A DNA stretch of 45,162 nt from Flavobacteriales bacterium (GCA_049608805.1 JBMYXX010000001.1:1-45162), one strand, 5' to 3'. Shown: positions 17,643-26,824, counted from the stretch's first letter. Made by a program: numbers and translations. The notes: generated by a model not told the origin, from the sequence alone.

Positions 17643-20483
17643 GTGAAGTTTCTGTGGTTTATTCTGTTTTTGCCTTTAGGTGTTTTTGCCCAGCAACCAT
17701 CGTATTATTCGATTGGCGAAAGAGAGCTAGAAGGTGAGCATATCTATGATATTCATCAAACCGCAAATGGTGATTATTGGATAGCTACAAATAGTGGCCT
17801 AATTAAGTTTGATGGTTACACTTTTGAAAGGCAGAAATGCGAGGATATTCTAACGCCTTCATTATTTGATTTAATCGAAGATCAAGACGGCAATATTTTC
17901 TGTTTCAACCTAGCGGGGCAAATATTCAAGGTGCAAGATGGGCTCTGCGAACCTTATTACTCCATTCCTGATTCACTTCTTTCAGCCCAGCTTGACATTG
18001 AAATTGACAACCAAAACCAGCTTCTTATTCTGGCGGCTAAGGTGATTACGTTAGATTCGAATAAGGTTGCAACCGTTCTTCCTGTGGTAGGCGAGGCAAA
18101 CTCTTCTTATCTCGGAACACTTGCTAAAATGGCTGATGGCGCTGTTTGGGGCTCGCCAACTCCAGACGGTCAATTATTGGTTTGGAAAGACGGAAAACAA
18201 ACCGCGAAGAAAATAGAAAGATTATCCGAAAAGGAGTTTGACCCGTACCATTTTATACCTTTTGGAAGTCACGTTTTGCTTAATCCGGCAGGGTCATCGA
18301 GTTTATTAAGGTTAAGCGAAAATCGGGCATTACCAATTGATGTTCAGGGTTGGTTTGGGCCTAGCCAAAACACTCGCGTTTATGAAACAGGGCGGCATTT
18401 ATGGTTCGTAGGCGGCACTACAGGCGCATACCGTGTAAACGAAAACTTAGAATGCATTGATAAAAATGGTCCGATTTTCCCGAACACTTTTATATCAGCC
18501 ACATATGTAGATCAAGAGAAAAACACGCTGATTGGAACTTTCGGAAATGGCATTCTAGTAATTCCAGATGGTGAGGCAACTGATTTGATTGGCTTGCCTG
18601 AGGATGAGAAAGTGGTTTCAATAACTTCCAACGGACTAGACGCTCTTTACTTCGGAACGCAAAACGGCAACATTTATAGCCGTAAAAATGAGAGAGTAGA
18701 ATTAATCCATCAAAGTCGAAAGAGAACTATTGAAAACCTGTTTTACCTAGACGATGAGAGCCTCATTTTTGCCGATGTAAAAGGGGTTAAACTCGATTTG
18801 AAAACAGGTAATACTAAGCCCATTTTTCTAGGCTCGTTAAAAGATGTTTTTCAACGAGATAACGGAGATTATTTACTTGCATCAAACCATGGCGCCACAG
18901 TGTTCTCTAATCAGGGGGATAGCTTAGAGCGTGTAAACGGGCTTAGTCTTAGAATGCATGGCATAGGAGAGGTGGCCGGTACAGCAACGATTTACGCGTG
19001 CTCATCAAAAGGTCTAATTCAGCTTAAGAATGGCAAGCCATCATTCATGCTAATGAATGGTAAACCAATTATTGCAAGAGATATTACAGTAAATGGAGAC
19101 CGTGTTTATCTGGCCACAGATGCAACTGGAATTGCAGTGATTGAAGGAGATTCACTTATTGAGAACTGGGACGAAAACAGTGGTTTGATTTCTAACCGTG
19201 TTCGTCAAGTTGAGTTTGCGGACGGGAGATTGTTTGCGGCCACCAATAAGGGCATTCAAGTCTTGAATTCTGACGGCAAAGTCCTAAAAACAATCACAAG
19301 ATCTGAAGGACTTTATGCTGAAAATATTCAGCATTTTGAGGTGGTGAAAGATGTGCTTTGGGTGGTTCATAACCATGGCGTTCAGGCTATTCCTCTAAAC
19401 CAAGACAATTCGGGAACATTTCAAACCACGCTACAACTGGCAAGAGTAACCGTTAACGATTCGGTTGTTTCTCCTTCTAACAAGGGCCGATTTACGCATT
19501 CCGAAAATAGCTTTCGGTTTATTCTGCAATCAAGAACGCTGAGGCATCAGACCGAGATAACCTACCAATTCAAACTCAGTGGGGCAGATGATAGTTGGCA
19601 GTCGTCAACCTATCACCAAAACGAAATTGAATATCGTTCTCTTGCTCCTGGCAAGTATTTGTTCGAAGCAAAAGCCAGTTGCAGAGGCGAAGAGAGTGAG
19701 TTGGTTAAGTACAGTTTTATCGTCTCACCACCTTTTTATCAAGCTTGGTGGTTTATACTTGGAGTAGCCCTGTTTGCTGTCGGAGTTATCAGTTTTATTT
19801 ATCGGAGAAGGCTAATTGCTCAGCAAACCCAATCTCGGCAACTGAACGAGTTGAACGCTTCAAAACTCACAGCCATTCAGTCTCAAATGAACCCACATTT
19901 CATCTTCAATGCGCTTAATTCTATTCAGGATTTGGTGCTGAAAGGAGATGTGACAAACTCGTACACATACATTACCAAGTTTGCCGATTTAGTAAGGAGA
20001 ACACTCAGTTATTCGGATAAAGATTTTATCGATTTTGAGAACGAACTAAAGCTTATTGAGCTGTATCTCACGTTAGAAAAACTTCGTTTTAAAACCAATT
20101 TTGAATTTACGATTGATGCAGAAGGCGTGGAAGACATTCAACTTCCTCCAATGCTTGTTCAGCCATTTATTGAGAATGCCCTCGTACACGGATTACTACA
20201 CTTAGAAGGAGATAAAAAGCTTGACTTAAAATTTGAGTTGAAGGAAAATCTCGTTTGTACGATTACAGATAATGGAGTAGGTAGAGAAAAAGCGCGCGAG
20301 ATCAAAGAACGCCAACGAGCAAGTCATGAGTCGTTTTCGGTTAATGCCATTCGCAAGCGGTTCGAAATTCTCCAACGAAACTTTGGTGGCAAACTTGGTT
20401 TTACAACCGAAGACTTGATGGAAGATGGCGTTGCTAAAGGAACTCGCGTTAAGCTTGTTATTCCTGTTAGGCGCAAATTTTAA
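17643..20483 (+). CDS. Sensor histidine kinase: periplasmic beta-propeller repeats + Y_Y_Y domain + TM + LytS/YehU-type kinase core
   Basis: GTG start with signal peptide MKFLWFILFLPLGVFAQ. Two-component-regulator propeller-like repeats are present (WIATNSGLIKFDG etc.). Y_Y_Y-like segment: ITYQFKLSGADDSWQSSTYHQNEIEYRSLAPGKYLFEAKA. TM segment: WWFILGVALFAVGVISFIY. The kinase signature NPHFIFNALNSIQ is followed by an ATPase lid (ENALVHGL...DNGVG). Confidence 0.85.
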   Translation: MKFLWFILFLPLGVFAQQPSYYSIGERELEGEHIYDIHQTANGDYWIATNSGLIKFDGYTFERQKCEDILTPSLFDLIEDQDGNIFCFNLAGQIFKVQDGLCEPYYSIPDSLLSAQLDIEIDNQNQLLILAAKVITLDSNKVATVLPVVGEANSSYLGTLAKMADGAVWGSPTPDGQLLVWKDGKQTAKKIERLSEKEFDPYHFIPFGSHVLLNPAGSSSLLRLSENRALPIDVQGWFGPSQNTRVYETGRHLWFVGGTTGAYRVNENLECIDKNGPIFPNTFISATYVDQEKNTLIGTFGNGILVIPDGEATDLIGLPEDEKVVSITSNGLDALYFGTQNGNIYSRKNERVELIHQSRKRTIENLFYLDDESLIFADVKGVKLDLKTGNTKPIFLGSLKDVFQRDNGDYLLASNHGATVFSNQGDSLERVNGLSLRMHGIGEVAGTATIYACSSKGLIQLKNGKPSFMLMNGKPIIARDITVNGDRVYLATDATGIAVIEGDSLIENWDENSGLISNRVRQVEFADGRLFAATNKGIQVLNSDGKVLKTITRSEGLYAENIQHFEVVKDVLWVVHNHGVQAIPLNQDNSGTFQTTLQLARVTVNDSVVSPSNKGRFTHSENSFRFILQSRTLRHQTEITYQFKLSGADDSWQSSTYHQNEIEYRSLAPGKYLFEAKASCRGEESELVKYSFIVSPPFYQAWWFILGVALFAVGVISFIYRRRLIAQQTQSRQLNELNASKLTAIQSQMNPHFIFNALNSIQDLVLKGDVTNSYTYITKFADLVRRTLSYSDKDFIDFENELKLIELYLTLEKLRFKTNFEFTIDAEGVEDIQLPPMLVQPFIENALVHGLLHLEGDKKLDLKFELKENLVCTITDNGVGREKAREIKERQRASHESFSVNAIRKRFEILQRNFGGKLGFTTEDLMEDGVAKGTRVKLVIPVRRKF

Positions 20484-20484
20484 A

Positions 20485-20517
20485 AGACCTACTAGGTTTT
20501 CAAAACCTAGTAGGTCT
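20485..20517 (+). terminator. Perfect hairpin immediately after the kinase stop codon (terminator/attenuator candidate)
   Basis: The sequence agacctactaggtttt-c-aaaacctagtaggtct is a perfect 33-nt palindrome starting 2 nt after TAA (20481-20483). No downstream T-tract. Confidence 0.4.
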
Positions 20518-20598
20518 AGGTGAGCCATTCCTAAACCAAACCGAGTTGTTTATGAAAACAACCCGCTTGCTTACGCGGATGTAATTACATTAGCCACA

Positions 20599-21348
20599 AT
20601 GGATACTGGGTTTACCGCAATAATTGTTGATGACGAGCAAAGCGCAAGAGATATTCTTGCAAATCTGCTGGCGCGATTTTGTCCAGCTGTGGAAGTTTTG
20701 GGAGCCTATTCAAATGTGCCAGATGCGGTTGAAGCAATCAAAGAATTAAAGCCACAAGTTGCCTTCCTCGATATAGAAATGCCCAATTATTCCGGCTTCG
20801 AAATCGTTGATTTCTTTCAGGAAGTTGATTTCGAAATGGTGTTCATTACGGCTTATGATAAGTATGCAATTAAAGCCTTTGAAGTGTCTGCGGTAGATTA
20901 TCTGCTAAAACCAATTGAAATTGAGCGCTTACAACAAGCAGTTGAGAAATTGGCAAAACGAGTAGGGCAGAGCAGGGAAGAAAACCACAAGCTTTTGGCG
21001 GAAAGTTTAAAGTCAGATTTGGTGTCTAAAATTGCCATTTCGGTAAAAGGTTATCAGACCATTGTTAATGTAAATGAGATTGTGGCAATAGAAGCCAGCG
21101 AATCTTATAGCAACATCAGGTTAGCAAACGGCACAATCCATTTAGTGAGTAAAAATCTCAAGCATTTTGAGAATTTACTGGCCGATAATTCCAATTTCTT
21201 CAGGTCTCACAAATCATGGATTGTAAACTTGGATATGCTCGAAAAGTACAATCGCTCCAAGGGAGAAATTGATTTGAAATCTGAAGTAATTGCCAAGCTT
21301 TCCAAGTATCGAAAGGAAGCGTTTGAGGCCGCCTTAGAACTGAAATAA
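20599..21348 (+). CDS. LytTR-family two-component response regulator
   Basis: Receiver domain (IIVDDEQSARD...VAFLDIEMPNYSGFEIV...VFITAYDKYAIKAFEVSAVDYLLKP) plus a C-terminal LytTR DNA-binding domain (ISVKGYQTIVNVNEIVAIEASESYSNIRLANGTIHLVSKNLKHFENLL..FFRSHKSWIVNL). Confidence 0.9.
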   Translation: MDTGFTAIIVDDEQSARDILANLLARFCPAVEVLGAYSNVPDAVEAIKELKPQVAFLDIEMPNYSGFEIVDFFQEVDFEMVFITAYDKYAIKAFEVSAVDYLLKPIEIERLQQAVEKLAKRVGQSREENHKLLAESLKSDLVSKIAISVKGYQTIVNVNEIVAIEASESYSNIRLANGTIHLVSKNLKHFENLLADNSNFFRSHKSWIVNLDMLEKYNRSKGEIDLKSEVIAKLSKYRKEAFEAALELK

Positions 21349-21350
21349 CG

Positions 21351-21400
21351 TCCGTTAATCCTTAAAAACAGTCTGTTAATGAAATCGATTGTCCGTTGCT
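21351..21400 (+). promoter_or_regulatory. Three direct repeats matching the LytTR-regulator binding consensus
   Basis: TCCGTTAAT (21351-21359), TCTGTTAAT (21372-21380) and TCCGTTGCT (21392-21400), with spacers of 12 and 11 bp. The published LytTR consensus is [TA][AC][CA]GTTN[AG][TG] as direct repeats with 12-13 bp spacers. Box 1 matches it perfectly. Boxes 2 and 3 each have one mismatch. Confidence 0.5.
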
Positions 21401-21409
21401 GAAGGATAA

Positions 21410-21440
21410 TTGAATGAGCCTTCATCGTTCCTGAAGTTTG
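21410..21440 (+). promoter_or_regulatory. Possible Bacteroidota-type promoter (-33 TTG / -7 TAnnTTTG-like) for the adhesin gene
   Basis: TTG at 21410-21412, then a 20-nt gap, then GAAGTTTG at 21433-21440 (5 of 6 fixed positions of TAnnTTTG). The element ends 28 nt before ATG 21469. A 7-bp inverted repeat tttgtag-ttcacac-ctacaaa (21437-21457) overlaps it. Confidence 0.3.
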
Positions 21441-21468
21441 TAGTTCACACCTACAAATAGACATTCAT

Positions 21469-24400
21469 ATGAAGAAGGTTTTTTACATCATTACAGCAAT
21501 TCTCTTCACGGTTTTTGCAAACGAGACTACCGCTCAGGAAACAATTGTTTCCATTGGAACCGGAACCGGAACAAGCAACGGGCCCCCGGCAAGACCAAAT
21601 TCCGAAAGCTACGGTCAAACGTTGTATTACCCCGGCCAAGTGGGACAGGCTGGCTATATCACCAAACTCGCATACAAGAGATATGATACGCAAGCGTACA
21701 CTAACGCTATGCATTGGACGGTGTACTTAGGGAACACCACTCAGACTAGCTTTTTCGGGTCTCTTAATTATGATGATATGATACCAGTTGGAAACCTCAC
21801 ACAGGTTTTTGATGGAAACGTTGAGGTAACCAGTACTGAGATAATCGTGAGTTTTGATACCCCGTTTTACTATGATGGCGTAAATCAGTTGGTTGTAGCA
21901 GTGAATGAGTTAACACTTGGTAAGCACCACTCTTATTTGAAGGCTACGGCTTACGGTACGGCAACCAATGCTCCTGCGAAAGCGGCTATTAATTTGAGCA
22001 CATTTGCATCGGTAAACGCAAGTAGTCCGCTGGCTTCTTCAGACCAAATGTCTGCCACCGCACAGCAGGCCAATGTCGATATAACATTTTCAACATGTCT
22101 TTGGCCTTCTGCTATTACAGCTACAAATCCGGGTACAACTACCATGGAGATTGGTTGGACAGCAAGCGCGCTTAACGAATCGGCTTGGCAAGTAGAAGCC
22201 GTACCAACAGGCGAGGCTCAGGGAACAGGAACTGTCCAATCAGCGGGAACAAACCCGTACACGTTTACTGGCTTAGACCATAGTACAGTCTATGATTTTT
22301 ATGTGCGTTCAGATTGTGGTTCCAGCGAATATTCAGAGTGGAAATATTACGCAACAGGAACAACCGCATGCGGTATTAACACTTGCTTCGAAGAAGATTT
22401 CGACTCATACAATCACTTAGATGAGCCAAGATGTTTCACAACAGTTAGCCCTGCTGTAACGGGTGCGGCTGTTGGTAATCCAGGCTCTTTGGTTCTGCAT
22501 ATTGGAGGGTTCGGAGATACTTACACATCACTCCCAGAATTTGCTTCGCTTAACGGAGGGTTACTCACATTTAAAGGAAGAAGCAATGGCGGAGCTCCGT
22601 ATAATCAGATTAATGTAGGAACATCTTCTGACCCAACGAACACAGCAACATTTACACCTTTTCAGGCAATTGCAATGGGAACTGCTTGGGCTGATTATAC
22701 TGTTGATTTTAGCACGTACGCAGGAACGGATAAGTACATTACTGTTCAATATTTAAATGGTGTAAACGGTAACACGTTTGTTTATCTTGATGAAATCACG
22801 TTTGATGGAAACGGTGTGTGCGTTTTCAATAAAACTTTTGTAGATAAAGACGCTACCGCAGGAAACAACGATGGAACCTCTTGGGCAGATGCCTACACCG
22901 ATTTACAAGACGCTCTAACCAATCATAACGGAAATGATATTTGGGTTGCCGAAGGAACGTATAAGCCAGATGCGTCTAACCGAGCCGCTACATTCAGCAT
23001 CCCTTCTGGAGCTAAAATTTATGGTGGCTTTGCAGGTACGGAAACAGCGATAAATCAGCGTATTGCTGGTTCAAACACTACGATTTTAAGTGGCGATTTA
23101 AGTGGAAACGACAACGGAACTCTTTTGCCAACAGAAGCTACGCGACAGGATAATTCTTATCACGTAGTTACACTTAAAGGAGATGTTCAAAATGTGGTTT
23201 TGGATGGTTTTACAATAGCCGATGGAAACGCCAACGGACCAATCGACAATAGTTGTAGTACTGCCGCGGCAAGCAGGGTTTACCATGCCAGAGGCGCGGC
23301 TATTTACGCTAATCCTTATGTTATTAATCAGGTTAATTCTGCCGATGTTTCAAATTGCATCTTTGAGAATCATACAGCAACCGAAGTATCGGTTTACTAC
23401 GCTTTCGCACCTTGCGGAGTAACCAACGTAACCTTCGATTTCGACTTTGACCGATGCATTACCAGAAATAATTTCTGCGGCACGCTTTCAAGCTATTTGT
23501 TCAGCGCCTCTGGCGGATACGGAATTGTAAGTCAAGGTTCAGTTACCAACTCGTTGTTTCACGATAATGAGACGACCGCTTCTTTGGGTTCTGTCTTCTA
23601 TTTAGTGACGAGTACAGCCAATGGCGGAACTCATACTGCTTTAAACATCGACATTAACGGAAATACATTCGCGAATAATGTTTCGGGCGATGGTTCAACT
23701 TTCTACACAATCCGATCTCAATCAAGCATATTCAAGAACAACATTGTTTGGGGGAATGGTTCAACTTCACCTTTCAACGCAAGTCCAACTCCTGTAATTA
23801 GTTCAAGCCTAATTGAAGGCGGAATTAGCAGTTCTTTAAATGTAGATCCTAGTTTCTCTGACCCGAACAATGACGATTTCTCCTTGGATTGTAATTCGCC
23901 TGCTATCAATTTTGGAGATGGAACGGGTATTAGTCCAACATCTTTAGACTTAGCTGGTAATCCACGTTTCAATGGCGATTTAGACCTTGGAGCTTATGAA
24001 TATGATGCAACCTTTTCAGCTTCGGCAACAGAAAGCTCCGTGTGTCAAGGAGACCCAGTAACGTTTAGCGCATCAGGAGTAACCAACATTTCTTGGACTG
24101 GCGGAGTTTCAGATGGTGTGCCATTTTATCCAACATCAACCGATACGTACACAGTTACCGGAACAGATGGAAACGGATGCGTAAGCACCAGAAGTTTGGT
24201 TGTTTCTGTAGATGCCTCTGTTGCGGACGATAATGTAACTGCTCCAACCGAAGTGTGTTCAGGCACATCCGCAACGATTAGCATTGCTAGTTCAACAAGT
24301 GGAGCAACGTATTACTTGCGTGATGATTCAAACAACTCAATTGTTGATGGCCCAACAGCGGGTACTGGAAGTGCTCTGTCATTCTCAACAGGAAACTTAA

Positions 24401-26802
24401 CGTCAAGCAAAACATTCAATGTATTTGCAGAAGGCTCAGCGGTTGTTACACAAGAAGGAGCCTTGGAATTTGATGGCGCTAACGACTACGTTTTAGCACC
24501 AAAACCGTCTGGTTTCGCATACAATTCGGCATATACTGTTGAAGGTTGGGTAAAGACACCAAACCCGGGAGCATCTGGTGGATATCAATCTATCTTTTTT
24601 GCAGGTACAACTGCCGCGAGTGATCTCGAAATGTACGTACAGCAAGGGTCCAATGCTTTTGTGGTTGTACACAATAGAGGAAATGGCGGAACGCTTCAAG
24701 GAGCAACTTTCTCAGTTCCACCAAACAACACTTGGTTCCATTTGGCCGTAGTCTATAATGGTTCTACAGTTACCGCATACTTTGATGGTGTTTCTCAAGG
24801 AGCAATCGCTATGGCTACGCCAGTTGTTTCTAGCGGAGCGCAAATCAACTTTGGATATATGCAAAGCAGTGCATTTGACCCGGCTTGGGGCTCTAAAAAC
24901 ATGTCTGGTTCTTTGGATGATTTTAGATTATGGAGCATAGCCAAAGCCGCTGGAGACATTGCTTCAGGAATGGGTAATTGTGTTGCAGGAACAGAAACAG
25001 GACTTGAAGCATACTATAATTTCGAAGAAGGAACAGGAACAACACTAACCGATTTGGCAAATGGAAACAACGGAACGCTAACCAATATGGATAATGCTGA
25101 TTGGGTTTCAACAGGTTCTGTTTCTTGTGCTGGCGCTGGTTGCGATTTTGAACTTTCGCAGACAGTTACAATCAACGTAACTACTGGCTACAACTTAACC
25201 GAAACAGCAAGTGTTTGTAGTGGCGAAAGCTTCACATTCCCTGATGGAAGCTCGCAAACCATTACTTCTCAGACTGTACACACAAGTAACCTAACAACAG
25301 TTGTTGCCGGTTGCGATAGCATAATCGAAACAACGGTAAACGTGAATCCTAGCTATGACTTAACGGAGACAGCAAGTGTTTGTAGTGGAGAGAATTACAC
25401 CTTCCCTGATGGAAGTTCTCAAACAATCACGTCTCAAACGGTTTACACAAGCAATCTAACAACCGTAGTAGCTGGATGCGATAGTATAATTGAAACTACC
25501 GTAAACGTTAACCCGACTTACGATTTAATGGAAACAGCGGCTGTTTGTGCTGGTTCTTCCTACACATTCCCTGATGGGAGCTCTCAAACAATTACTTCTC
25601 AAACGGTTCATACAAGCAACTTGCAAACAGTAGGTTTTTCATGCGATAGCATCATTGAAACAACGGTTAATGTTGCGCCAGAATACAACCTCACCGAAAC
25701 GATTGGTCTTTGCAGTGGAGCAGACTTCACTTTTCCTGATGGAACAATGCAAACCAACCTTACGGCAGGTGTGGTACATACCAGCAGTCTAACCACGGTT
25801 GGTTTTGGTTGCGATAGTATTATCGAAACCACAATTACCATTACGTCTGCGTTCAATGTCAGTGAAAGCGCAACTGTTTGTGGCGGAAGTAGCTATACAT
25901 TCCCTGATGGTACGGTGCAGAACAACATCACTTCGCAAGTGGTGTATTCGAGTACGTTAAGTGCGGTCAGCATTCCATGCGATAGTATTGTAGAGACTAC
26001 TGTGAATATTGCTCCCGATTACGATTTGACTGAAACCACTTCGGCTTGTATGGGAGAAAGCTACACCTTCCCTGACGGAAGTTCGCAGACCATTACGTCT
26101 CAAACGGTTTACACAAGTAACCTCGCAACGGTAGGTTTTGGTTGCGATAGTATTATTGAAACCACCGTTAATGTAAACCCTAGCTACGACCTGACTGAAA
26201 CCGAAACCGTGTGTTTCGATGGTAGTTTCACGTTCCCTGATGGAACTACTCAGAACAACATCACTTCTCAGGTAGTTTATACGAGTAACCTGGTTACAGT
26301 GGGTACACAGTGCGACAGCATCATTGAAACAACAGTGAATGTGACGACTGTTGATGCCTCTACATCGCAAAACGGTAATACGCTAACCGCCACAGAAACT
26401 GGTGCTGATTACCAATGGGTTGATTGCGATAATGGAAATGCAGCTTTAGCTGGAGAAGAAAACCAAGATTTCACACCAACATCTAGCGGTAATTATGCTG
26501 TTGAAGTAACCGTAAACGGATGTACCGAAACTTCAAGTTGCACAAACATGGTTGTAACAGGAATTCGTGAATCTGTGAACTCAGATATCAAAGTTTATCC
26601 AGTACCAGCAAGAGATGTGTTGTTCGTGAATTCGGGTAACACAATCACCGAATTGGCTGTTCTTTCTGCCAATGGTTCGCTGATTAAATTGGAGTCTCAG
26701 AACCAAAAACAGATTGATGTTTCTGGCTTGGCAAAAGGAGTTTATCTTCTTCGAGTAGTAACCGAGAAAGGTGTTTCTTACACACGATTCATCAAGCAAT
26801 AA
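21469..26802 (+). CDS. Giant T9SS-secreted adhesin-like protein (FN3-like, right-handed beta-helix, Ig-like, LamG, 7 Cys-pair repeats, T9SS CTD)
   Basis: Signal peptide MKKVFYIITAILFTVFANETTAQ. FN3-like segment: TTMEIGWTAS...YDFYVRSDCG. Beta-helix preamble: DATAGNNDGTSWADAYTDLQDAL..IWVAEGTYKP. LamG-type segment: ALEFDGANDYVLAP...WFHLAVVYNGSTVTAYFDG...LDDFRLWS. Seven 55-aa repeats follow. C-terminal sorting domain: KVYPVPARDVLFV...GVYLLRVVTEKG. Confidence 0.85.
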   Translation: MKKVFYIITAILFTVFANETTAQETIVSIGTGTGTSNGPPARPNSESYGQTLYYPGQVGQAGYITKLAYKRYDTQAYTNAMHWTVYLGNTTQTSFFGSLNYDDMIPVGNLTQVFDGNVEVTSTEIIVSFDTPFYYDGVNQLVVAVNELTLGKHHSYLKATAYGTATNAPAKAAINLSTFASVNASSPLASSDQMSATAQQANVDITFSTCLWPSAITATNPGTTTMEIGWTASALNESAWQVEAVPTGEAQGTGTVQSAGTNPYTFTGLDHSTVYDFYVRSDCGSSEYSEWKYYATGTTACGINTCFEEDFDSYNHLDEPRCFTTVSPAVTGAAVGNPGSLVLHIGGFGDTYTSLPEFASLNGGLLTFKGRSNGGAPYNQINVGTSSDPTNTATFTPFQAIAMGTAWADYTVDFSTYAGTDKYITVQYLNGVNGNTFVYLDEITFDGNGVCVFNKTFVDKDATAGNNDGTSWADAYTDLQDALTNHNGNDIWVAEGTYKPDASNRAATFSIPSGAKIYGGFAGTETAINQRIAGSNTTILSGDLSGNDNGTLLPTEATRQDNSYHVVTLKGDVQNVVLDGFTIADGNANGPIDNSCSTAAASRVYHARGAAIYANPYVINQVNSADVSNCIFENHTATEVSVYYAFAPCGVTNVTFDFDFDRCITRNNFCGTLSSYLFSASGGYGIVSQGSVTNSLFHDNETTASLGSVFYLVTSTANGGTHTALNIDINGNTFANNVSGDGSTFYTIRSQSSIFKNNIVWGNGSTSPFNASPTPVISSSLIEGGISSSLNVDPSFSDPNNDDFSLDCNSPAINFGDGTGISPTSLDLAGNPRFNGDLDLGAYEYDATFSASATESSVCQGDPVTFSASGVTNISWTGGVSDGVPFYPTSTDTYTVTGTDGNGCVSTRSLVVSVDASVADDNVTAPTEVCSGTSATISIASSTSGATYYLRDDSNNSIVDGPTAGTGSALSFSTGNLTSSKTFNVFAEGSAVVTQEGALEFDGANDYVLAPKPSGFAYNSAYTVEGWVKTPNPGASGGYQSIFFAGTTAASDLEMYVQQGSNAFVVVHNRGNGGTLQGATFSVPPNNTWFHLAVVYNGSTVTAYFDGVSQGAIAMATPVVSSGAQINFGYMQSSAFDPAWGSKNMSGSLDDFRLWSIAKAAGDIASGMGNCVAGTETGLEAYYNFEEGTGTTLTDLANGNNGTLTNMDNADWVSTGSVSCAGAGCDFELSQTVTINVTTGYNLTETASVCSGESFTFPDGSSQTITSQTVHTSNLTTVVAGCDSIIETTVNVNPSYDLTETASVCSGENYTFPDGSSQTITSQTVYTSNLTTVVAGCDSIIETTVNVNPTYDLMETAAVCAGSSYTFPDGSSQTITSQTVHTSNLQTVGFSCDSIIETTVNVAPEYNLTETIGLCSGADFTFPDGTMQTNLTAGVVHTSSLTTVGFGCDSIIETTITITSAFNVSESATVCGGSSYTFPDGTVQNNITSQVVYSSTLSAVSIPCDSIVETTVNIAPDYDLTETTSACMGESYTFPDGSSQTITSQTVYTSNLATVGFGCDSIIETTVNVNPSYDLTETETVCFDGSFTFPDGTTQNNITSQVVYTSNLVTVGTQCDSIIETTVNVTTVDASTSQNGNTLTATETGADYQWVDCDNGNAALAGEENQDFTPTSSGNYAVEVTVNGCTETSSCTNMVVTGIRESVNSDIKVYPVPARDVLFVNSGNTITELAVLSANGSLIKLESQNQKQIDVSGLAKGVYLLRVVTEKGVSYTRFIKQ
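25189..26343 (+). repeat. Seven tandem 165-bp (55-aa) coding repeats with two conserved Cys each
   Basis: Unit consensus: Y(N/D)LTET..VC.G..(F/Y)TFPDG(S/T).Q..TSQ.V(H/Y)TS.L.TVG..CDSIIETTVNV.P. Unit borders are at 25189, 25354, 25519, 25684, 25849, 26014 and 26179. All units are in frame. Confidence 0.9.
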
Positions 26803-26824
26803 ACCAGCAATTGGAGATGAATTG

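Noticed and set aside
17306-17737. A 143-aa plus-strand ORF overlapping the ggt 5' region and the kinase start.
   Set aside because: It is antisense to the conserved GGT N-terminal region and out of frame with the kinase signal peptide. The translation has no motifs.
25189-26343. Regularly spaced 165-bp repeats, which might be mistaken for a CRISPR-like or satellite array.
   Set aside because: The repeats are in frame inside a continuous ORF, have no spacer/repeat alternation, and are conserved at the protein level rather than the DNA level.
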